In this document: positions 58,080 through 64,000 of the stretch, one piece after another
Position numbering within the stretch: position 1 is the first letter of the stretch
How the letters are laid out: every line of letters starts with the position of its first letter
From: a bacterium
GTDB lineage: Bacteria; Auribacterota; UBA3054
Direction: 5' to 3'
Length of the DNA stretch: 64,000 bases
Assembly (NCBI GenBank): GCA_017650925.1
Contig: JAGCDY010000053.1
Coordinates: 10,977 to 74,976, forward strand
Notes under the pieces: generated by a model
Told to the model about the DNA's origin: nothing
What the model saw: the letters and a program-made list of their open reading frames with translations, nothing else
Databases searched by the model: none
Program-made: the position numbers and the translations under genes

Positions 58080-58556
58080 ATGATAAGAGTTGGGCAGGGA
58101 TTCGACGTTCACGCTTTCGCGCCCGGAAGGCCTCTTAAGCTTTGCGGCATCACTATTCCCTATGAGTTTGGGCTTCTTGGCCACTCCGACGCGGACGTGG
58201 CGACCCACGCTTTGATGGACGCGCTCCTTGGCGCCGCCGCCTTGGGCGACATCGGCAAACTCTTCCCCGACACCGATCAAAAATACGAAGGCGCAGACAG
58301 CACGACGCTTTTGAAAGAAGTCGTCGTGCTCCTTAATGAGAATAATTACAGAATCGTCAATTTCGACATAACTATCATTGCGCAGGAACCGAAGATCAGC
58401 CCTTATGTTGGATCGATGCGGGCGATCATGGCGTCTTGCTGCGGCCTACCCTTGGACCGCGTAAGCGTAAAAGCCACTACTACGGAAAGGCTGGGCTTCA
58501 CGGGAAGAAAGGAAGGGATAGCCGCCTTGGCCTGCGCGCTTATTGAAAAAATCTAA
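58080..58556 (+). CDS. ispF: 2-C-methyl-D-erythritol 2,4-cyclodiphosphate synthase
   Basis: 158 aa with IRVGQGFDVHAF, GHSDADV and FPDTD. Confidence 0.93.
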   Translation: MIRVGQGFDVHAFAPGRPLKLCGITIPYEFGLLGHSDADVATHALMDALLGAAALGDIGKLFPDTDQKYEGADSTTLLKEVVVLLNENNYRIVNFDITIIAQEPKISPYVGSMRAIMASCCGLPLDRVSVKATTTERLGFTGRKEGIAALACALIEKI

Positions 58557-60142
58557 TGTCTGAGAAAAAAGAACACTGGGGATCCTCTTTCGGATTCATC
58601 ATGGCTATGGCCGGCTCCGCAGTGGGCTTGGGCAACATCTGGCGCTTCTCCTTCATCACCGGTCAGAACGGCGGCAGCGCTTTCCTTCTCGTCTACCTTG
58701 GCTGCGTTTTTTTGGTCGGCATCCCCATCATGCTTTGCGAACTGACCATGGGCCGGGCCGCCCAGTCCAACCCTGTCAGGACCTTCCACAAACTGGGGCC
58801 TGAACGCTCGAATCTTTCCAGCACCATCGGGGTCCTGGCATTGGTGTGCGCCATATCTTTTCTTAGTTTCGGACATTTCTTCTACGCCGCGCTTTTTGCT
58901 ATCGCCGGCGCTTCCTTCATAACATTCGGCTGGGTGACGCTGGGCGTTCTGTACGGCGCCATCACTCCCCTCTTCATCCTGGCCTACTACGGCGTGGTGG
59001 GAGGCTGGACGCTAATCTACGTTTGGAAATCCGTCACGGGTCAGCTGAACGTCCATACGGTCGCGGAAGCCACCGCCGTCATGACGCCCATCATAATGAC
59101 GCCCAAAGGCTACTGGGCCACGCCGCTTATAGCGACTCTTGCCTTCATGCTCACCACGGCCGTCATCATCTGGATCGGCGTGCAGAAAGGCATCGAGCGT
59201 TTCTCCAAGATCTTCATGCCGCTTCTGGCTCTGCTTCTGGTCGTTCTGATCTTCAGAGGCCTGACGCTGGAAGGCGCTTCCAAGGGACTGAGGTTCCTTT
59301 TCGTCCCCGACTTTTCGCAGCTCTCCGGTCGCTCCTGCCTCGCGGCCCTTGGGCACGCTTTTTATTCGCTTTCCCTGGGTATGGGCATAACCATCACCTA
59401 CGGCGCGTATTTGAAGCGCGACAACAATCTGCCGCGTTCCACGGTCATAATAGCGCTCTTAGACACGCTCGTTTCAGTAATGGCAGGGCTTGCCATTTTC
59501 CCGGTGGTCTTCGCCATGGGCTTTGCTCCTGACAGCGGTCCTTCGCTGATCTTCAAGGTTCTGCCGCTGGCTTTCCAGAAACTGCCCTTGTCCACTGTTT
59601 GGAACATCATCTTCTTCGTTGCCGTTCTCATCGCGGCCTTAACGAGCGCCGTCTCCCTTTTGGAAGGCCCTGTCTGCCTTATGGTGGAAGAGCTGAAGTG
59701 GAAGAGAAGCAGGGTTCTTTTGGTCCTTGTTCCCATACTCTGCTTCGTTTCCTGCGTCATCACGCTCGCTTCCGGCGACTACTCCAATTTCCCGAAACTC
59801 GGCGAATTCATCCAGAAAACTTTCCTGACCACCCAAGGCAGCCTCTTCGACACGTTCGACACCGGCGCCTGCCAGTGGCTCATTCCGATAGCCTGCTTCC
59901 TGACGCTTTTGTACGCCGGCTGGGTCTGGGGTCCCAAGGAAGCCGTCAAAGAAATGCGCAGCGGCTCCACCGGCGCCATGGACACGCACTGCTGGCACCT
60001 CTTGTCAGGCGTCCATGAATACAATGTAACGGGCGATCCCTCGCCTCTGTCCCCCTGTGTCATCTGGGCTTTCTTCATCCGCTTCATCTCCCCCATCCTC
60101 GTCCTTCTGGCCTTCCTGGACGGACTGGGAGTTTTTAGATGA
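58556..60142 (+). CDS. sodium-dependent transporter, NSS/SNF family (paralog 1)
   Basis: 528 aa with ~12 TM helices and the NSS signature AMAGSAVGLGNIWRFSF...IPIMLCELTMGR. There is a TAATG overlap with the ispF stop. Confidence 0.88.
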   Translation: MSEKKEHWGSSFGFIMAMAGSAVGLGNIWRFSFITGQNGGSAFLLVYLGCVFLVGIPIMLCELTMGRAAQSNPVRTFHKLGPERSNLSSTIGVLALVCAISFLSFGHFFYAALFAIAGASFITFGWVTLGVLYGAITPLFILAYYGVVGGWTLIYVWKSVTGQLNVHTVAEATAVMTPIIMTPKGYWATPLIATLAFMLTTAVIIWIGVQKGIERFSKIFMPLLALLLVVLIFRGLTLEGASKGLRFLFVPDFSQLSGRSCLAALGHAFYSLSLGMGITITYGAYLKRDNNLPRSTVIIALLDTLVSVMAGLAIFPVVFAMGFAPDSGPSLIFKVLPLAFQKLPLSTVWNIIFFVAVLIAALTSAVSLLEGPVCLMVEELKWKRSRVLLVLVPILCFVSCVITLASGDYSNFPKLGEFIQKTFLTTQGSLFDTFDTGACQWLIPIACFLTLLYAGWVWGPKEAVKEMRSGSTGAMDTHCWHLLSGVHEYNVTGDPSPLSPCVIWAFFIRFISPILVLLAFLDGLGVFR

Positions 60143-61656
60143 ATTCCAAAAAAGAATTCTGGTCCTCCTCCAAAGGTTTCATTCTGGCCATGGCCGGCTC
60201 GGCCATCGGGCTCGGCAACATCTGGCGCTTTTCCTACATCATGGGAAAATACGGCGGCGCCGCTTTCTTCCTGACTTACATCGGCGCCATTTTCTTCATC
60301 GGATTGCCGATCATGCTTTGCGAGCTAACCATTGGCCGCGCCGCGCAGAGCGGCCCTCTGGACGCCATGACGAAACTGGCGCCTAAGATAACGAAGCTCT
60401 CGAAACTTCTGGCGGTGCTTTTGTTCCTGGGAGCCGGCTGCTTTGTTTTCGCCGGCATGCGCACCCACGCGGTCCTGACGGCGCTCCTGGGTGTAGGCGC
60501 TCTCATTTACGGCTGGGGCACCCTGGGATTTGCCGCGACTTATCTTACGCCTTTGATGATCTCCGTCTTTTATTCCGTGGTGGGAGGCTGGATCATCATC
60601 TATACTGTGCTTTCCCTTAAGGGCGGGATCTTCCGTCAGTCGGTGGAAAGCTCAACGGAACTCCTGAACGGTTTGGTGCTGGCGCAGAACGGCAAGGCCT
60701 GGATCGTCATCATATCCGCGCTCCTCTTTTTCCTCATGACCTGCGGGATCGTCCTGGCCGGGATTAAAAAAGGCATCGAGAGATTCTCCAACATCTTCAT
60801 GCCGGTCATCTTCATTCTGTTTTTGGTTATCATCGCGAGGGCTCTTACGCTGCCGGGAGCAAAGGAAGGCTTGAGATTCCTCTTCCTTCCCGACTTCTCG
60901 AAACTGACGGCGGAGGCTGTCATGGCCGCCCTGGGGCAGGCCTTCTTCACGCTCTCCCTGGGCTCCGGCGTAGGCATCGCCTACGGCGCTTACCTCGACA
61001 GATCCGTTTCGCTTGTGAAAACGGCCGTCACCATTGTCCTTATGGACACCTTCGCCTCCATTCTGGCGGGGCTGGCCATCTTCCCCATCCTCTTCGCCAC
61101 GGGGCTCGATCCCCAGGAAGGAACTTCTCTGGTCTTCAAGGTCCTGCCGCTGGCTTTCGGAAAACTTCCCCTGTCCGCACTCTGGGGCTTCCTCTTCTTC
61201 TTCACGCTGCTCCTAGCGGCCCTCACGAGCTCCATTAGCATGCTGGAAGGCGCGGTCATGGGGCTGATGGACAAACTATCCCTTTCCCGCGCCAAAGCCG
61301 TGGCCATCATAGCTGTGGTCTTGGGTTCGCTCGTTCCCGTCACCGCTCTTTCCGCCGCGAATTACGACAACCTTCCCCTGCTTGGAAATTTCCTGCAAGG
61401 AACTCTGGGCCTGAAATCGGGATCCTTTTTCGCCATACTTGACAACACCACCTGTCTGTGGCTCATGCCGCTCACCGGGCTCGCCACGATCCTCTTCGTG
61501 GTCTTCGTCTGGGGCAGGAAAAATGTTTTGGAAGAAATGTGCGGCTGCAGCGAAAAAGACCGTGTCTTCGCCAAGGTCTGGTTCTTCGTAGTCGCCTTCA
61601 TAACGCCTTTGCTAGTCATCGCGGCCTTCCTGAAGGGCCTTAAAATAATCTTTTAA
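60139..61656 (+). CDS. sodium-dependent transporter, NSS/SNF family (paralog 2)
   Basis: 505 aa with AMAGSAIGLGNIWRFSY...LPIMLCELTIGR. It is collinear with paralog 1 and joined to it by an ATGA overlap. Confidence 0.88.
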   Translation: MNSKKEFWSSSKGFILAMAGSAIGLGNIWRFSYIMGKYGGAAFFLTYIGAIFFIGLPIMLCELTIGRAAQSGPLDAMTKLAPKITKLSKLLAVLLFLGAGCFVFAGMRTHAVLTALLGVGALIYGWGTLGFAATYLTPLMISVFYSVVGGWIIIYTVLSLKGGIFRQSVESSTELLNGLVLAQNGKAWIVIISALLFFLMTCGIVLAGIKKGIERFSNIFMPVIFILFLVIIARALTLPGAKEGLRFLFLPDFSKLTAEAVMAALGQAFFTLSLGSGVGIAYGAYLDRSVSLVKTAVTIVLMDTFASILAGLAIFPILFATGLDPQEGTSLVFKVLPLAFGKLPLSALWGFLFFFTLLLAALTSSISMLEGAVMGLMDKLSLSRAKAVAIIAVVLGSLVPVTALSAANYDNLPLLGNFLQGTLGLKSGSFFAILDNTTCLWLMPLTGLATILFVVFVWGRKNVLEEMCGCSEKDRVFAKVWFFVVAFITPLLVIAAFLKGLKIIF

Positions 61657-61815
61657 ACCTTTGTTCACACGCCAGTTATATCGCATAGCAATCTATTATT
61701 ATTTCCTTGTAAATTATTTACCTTTCAATTTTTCTCGCTTTGTGATAATATATTAGCGGACAATGAAAATCGAAGCGTAAAATTTCTTTTTAAACTAGCT
61801 TTAAGGAGAATGATT

Positions 61816-63111
61816 ATGGAAGAAAACGAAATCAAAAAACAAGAGATCGCGAACGAAAGACGCGACTCCGTCAAGATGATGGCGGTCCTGGGCTGCGTGG
61901 CTATCGGCATCGGATTGATCCTTCTGGTCGTCAACTATTGGGAAACCATCTTCTCCTCCAAGTATTTCCTCTTGGCCTGCGGCCTTGCCCTGCACGGCCT
62001 GAGCTTCGCTCCTTCCACGAAGAAGATCTTCAAGGCCCTGCCGGAAATATTGGCCATGCTCGGCACCGCGCTCATCGGCTTCGCCCTCTGGCACATTCTG
62101 CCGGGCAGCTGGGAAGGCCGGTCGAAACTGGGCTTGATACTTATCATCACTTTTGCGGCTGGCGTTGCGCGCGACTTGAAACTGCACGAAGCGCTCTCTT
62201 ATTTCCTGGTCGTCATACTGTTCATGATGGGTCTCAAGCACGACGATTTCGCCCTGAACTTCTACACCATAGGGATACTTCTCGTCATAGCGGCGTTCTC
62301 TTCCCTCGCGTACTTCAGGAAGAGCGTGGTGGCCTTTGCCGTGGCGCTGATGTCTGTCGGCATGGCCCAGTTTATCTTCGGCGATGTGCTGCCCTTCAAA
62401 CCGCTTCAGCTTTCCCTAAACGCTCTCGTGTTCTGGGGCCTGGCCTGCTCCCCCATGATTAGGAAGTTCGACGAAAGATTCTCAAAGATCTCCTTTGTGG
62501 TGGCTTTTCTGGAAACGTCCGTGATCCTTTACATGATGGGCTTCAAATATGTCTGGGAGCATGACTGGTTCAACAATCACCTGAGCTTCGTGGTGTTCAA
62601 GAATGACGCGATCCACGGTACGGTCACCTCGGCCTTCTACCTCCTCGAATTCGCGGTGATCATTCTTTCCTTCATCAACTTCTGGAAAGCCGGAACGAGG
62701 GCCAGGGCGAGGATCACCTATTTCCTGCCCGTCCTCATCACCCTTATCTTCCTGCTTAGCAACATCGGGACGGAGACGAAAGTCGGAAACTCTTTGTATC
62801 TGCTTCCTGAGGGCGTCTATTCCAATCTCTTCTTCATCATTTGGTTCCTGTACCTCTTCTTCAACATCTGGATAAGCTTCAAGGAGAGGCGCATCGCCCT
62901 GAGAGTGTTCGCGCTGTTCTTCATAGTGATAGGCGGCATCGCGCGCATAATCGCCGAGAACTCCTTGAAGGAGCTCGGGACTGCCTTCTGCTTCATCTAC
63001 GCCGGCATGATCCTGCTCTTCACGGCCTACTGCGCCTTCAAGGTCCTAAGCGACGAGGAGGAAGCCGCGGCCAAAGACAACGAAGTTACGACGCCGGACG
63101 AAATCCAGTAA
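61816..63111 (+). CDS. hypothetical polytopic membrane protein
   Basis: About 431 aa with ~11 hydrophobic helices and an acidic C-terminus (SDEEEAAAKDNEVTTPDEIQ). I prefer the ATG at 61816, which is 7 nt after the AAGGAG RBS. The ATG at 61810 is only 1 nt after it. The gene is preceded by a 150-nt AT-rich gap. Confidence 0.55.
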   Translation: MEENEIKKQEIANERRDSVKMMAVLGCVAIGIGLILLVVNYWETIFSSKYFLLACGLALHGLSFAPSTKKIFKALPEILAMLGTALIGFALWHILPGSWEGRSKLGLILIITFAAGVARDLKLHEALSYFLVVILFMMGLKHDDFALNFYTIGILLVIAAFSSLAYFRKSVVAFAVALMSVGMAQFIFGDVLPFKPLQLSLNALVFWGLACSPMIRKFDERFSKISFVVAFLETSVILYMMGFKYVWEHDWFNNHLSFVVFKNDAIHGTVTSAFYLLEFAVIILSFINFWKAGTRARARITYFLPVLITLIFLLSNIGTETKVGNSLYLLPEGVYSNLFFIIWFLYLFFNIWISFKERRIALRVFALFFIVIGGIARIIAENSLKELGTAFCFIYAGMILLFTAYCAFKVLSDEEEAAAKDNEVTTPDEIQ

Positions 63112-63112
63112 T

Positions 63113-63145
63113 AAAAAAAGCCCTCCTTGCGGAGGGCTTTTTTTA
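63113..63145. terminator. bidirectional intrinsic terminator between convergent genes
   Basis: AAAAAAA-GCCCTCC-ttgc-GGAGGGC-TTTTTTT. The A-tract upstream and T-tract downstream allow it to serve both the plus-strand membrane gene and minus-strand rplT. Confidence 0.8.
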
Positions 63146-63164
63146 TTTTACGCACAAAACGTCT

Positions 63165-63515
63165 TTACGCTTCTTTGGCGACTTTCACCAGTTCGGCGAA
63201 AGCCTTGGGCTCGGTGGCGGCCAGGTTGGCGAGGACCTTGCGGTTCAGCGTCACTCCGGCTTTGGCGAGTCCGGAAATGAAAGCGTTGTAAGAAATGCCG
63301 GCTTCGTTGGCGGCGATGTGGATACGGGTGATCCACAGGGCGCGGAAGCTGCGCTTTTTATTGCGGCGATCGCGATACTGGTAGACCAGGCCGCGCACCA
63401 CGGTTTCCTGCATGTTGCGGTTGCCGTTGCGGCGCAGGCCGAAGAAACCCTTGGCGAGTTTCTGCATTTTGCGTTTGCGTTCCCTGCTGGCGGGACTATT
63501 AGTGGCTCTTGGCAT
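63165..63515 (-). CDS. rplT: 50S ribosomal protein L20
   Basis: 116 aa with MPRATNSPASRERKRKMQKLAKGFFG...RRNKKRSFRALWI. Confidence 0.96.
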   Translation of the reverse strand: MPRATNSPASRERKRKMQKLAKGFFGLRRNGNRNMQETVVRGLVYQYRDRRNKKRSFRALWITRIHIAANEAGISYNAFISGLAKAGVTLNRKVLANLAATEPKAFAELVKVAKEA

Positions 63516-63556
63516 AAGTGATTACTCCTTAATTTTGATTATACCGCTGGTGGCCC

Positions 63557-63754
63557 TTAACCATACGGCAGCATTTCTTTGACATTGCGGGCATCGGTGG
63601 TGCCGCAAATGGACGTGTCACGGAAAGAACGTTTGTTCTTTCTGGTCTTCCCGGTCATCAGGTGACGGGACTTGGTGTTTGTGCGTTTCACTTTGCCGCT
63701 TTTGGTCACGGAAAAGCGCTTGCTCACAGACTTTTTGGTTTTGACTTTTGGCAT
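63557..63754 (-). CDS. rpmI: 50S ribosomal protein L35
   Basis: 65 aa with MPKVKTKKSVSKRFSVTKSGKVKR...HLMTGK. Confidence 0.95.
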   Translation of the reverse strand: MPKVKTKKSVSKRFSVTKSGKVKRTNTKSRHLMTGKTRKNKRSFRDTSICGTTDARNVKEMLPYG

Positions 63755-63836
63755 AATCGCTCCTGTCTTTTTTTGTTTTAGTTGATTCTAGGCGCGCGTC
63801 CCGGAGGAGTCTGTTTTCCCCACACGACGCTGTGTT

Positions 63837-64000
63837 TTACTGTTCCTTGGGCTTTTTGGATTTAAGCGGCCCAAAAACAATAGTGTAGTTCGCGCCCATT
63901 TTCTTGACGGGTATCTCTACCGCGCCAAAATCCTTTATTTCCTCGGTCAGACGTTCCAGCAGTTCCTGGCCCATTTCCTGGTGGGCCGCCTCGCGGCCCT
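63837..64000 (-). CDS. infC: translation initiation factor IF-3, C-terminal fragment; gene continues beyond the window
   Basis: My own minus-strand translation gives ...GREAAHQEMGQELLERLTEEIKDFGAVEIPVKKMGANYTIVFGPLKSKKPKEQ*, with the stop at 63837-63839. This matches the IF-3 C-terminal domain and the infC-rpmI-rplT order. It is absent from the ORF track because the start is outside the window. Confidence 0.85.
   Translation of the reverse strand, partial: GREAAHQEMGQELLERLTEEIKDFGAVEIPVKKMGANYTIVFGPLKSKKPKEQ

Noticed and set aside
1-64000. Whole-window check for CRISPR arrays, IS elements/transposases, toxin-antitoxin pairs, restriction-modification systems or other recognisable defence systems, and rRNA genes.
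   Set aside because: None found. There are no regularly spaced direct repeats and no DDE, serine or tyrosine recombinase motifs. The only repeats seen are the in-frame 9-bp (TAE)n repeat and the GC-rich Gly/Arg low-complexity tract. The window reads as core chromosome rather than an accessory island.

Overview
GC-rich bacterial chromosomal segment that is almost entirely coding: about 60 protein genes, one tRNA-Ser, and no rRNA, CRISPR array, transposase, integrase or phage genes that I can see. Most of it is core housekeeping: ileS, lspA, recG, purN, dapA, nadK, tlyA, lpxI, recN, radA, rho, ruvB/ruvC/ruvA, hisG, rpmE, prfA, pheS, ispF and rplT-rpmI-infC. Genes sit in very long co-directional arrays: minus strand 795-33606, plus strand 33712-51288, minus 51300-56848, plus 57015-63111, minus 63165 to the window end. 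Stop/start overlaps (ATGA, TAATG) are frequent. Lifestyle hints, all inference: an anaerobic fermenter (acyl-CoA dehydrogenase plus EtfAB whose EtfA carries a 2x[4Fe-4S] ferredoxin domain); a diderm envelope (LpxI, LspA, SurA-like chaperones, prepilin-type pseudopilins); and glycan foraging (GH20-like, GH-D-clan-like, BSP-type peptidase). The combination is reminiscent of PVC-group genomes (Lentisphaerota, Kiritimatiellota, Verrucomicrobiota), but I cannot verify that without a search. I found no obvious defence island or mobile element. The unusual content is in domain architecture and operon composition: (1) A stripped-down T2SS/T4P-like operon whose inner-membrane platform is compressed into two fusion proteins (PilM+PilN, and PilO+PilP/HR+PDZ), plus a GspJ-like pseudopilin with a Gly/Arg-rich tail. 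It has no GspF, secretin or prepilin peptidase. (2) A 1207-aa GtrA-polytopic membrane-CBM-like fusion next to a small secreted beta-solenoid-like protein. (3) A NeuD/PglD-type acetyltransferase fused to a PAP2 phosphatase and abutting etfA. (4) A QueE-like protein that has lost the radical-SAM cysteines, coupled to radA. (5) An orphan lipoyl domain and a DxD-less GT2-like protein embedded between hisG and a spermidine-pathway operon. (6) A 104-nt nested hairpin after rho. All functional calls rest on motifs read from the translated ORFs and on remembered family consensus. No searches were run.
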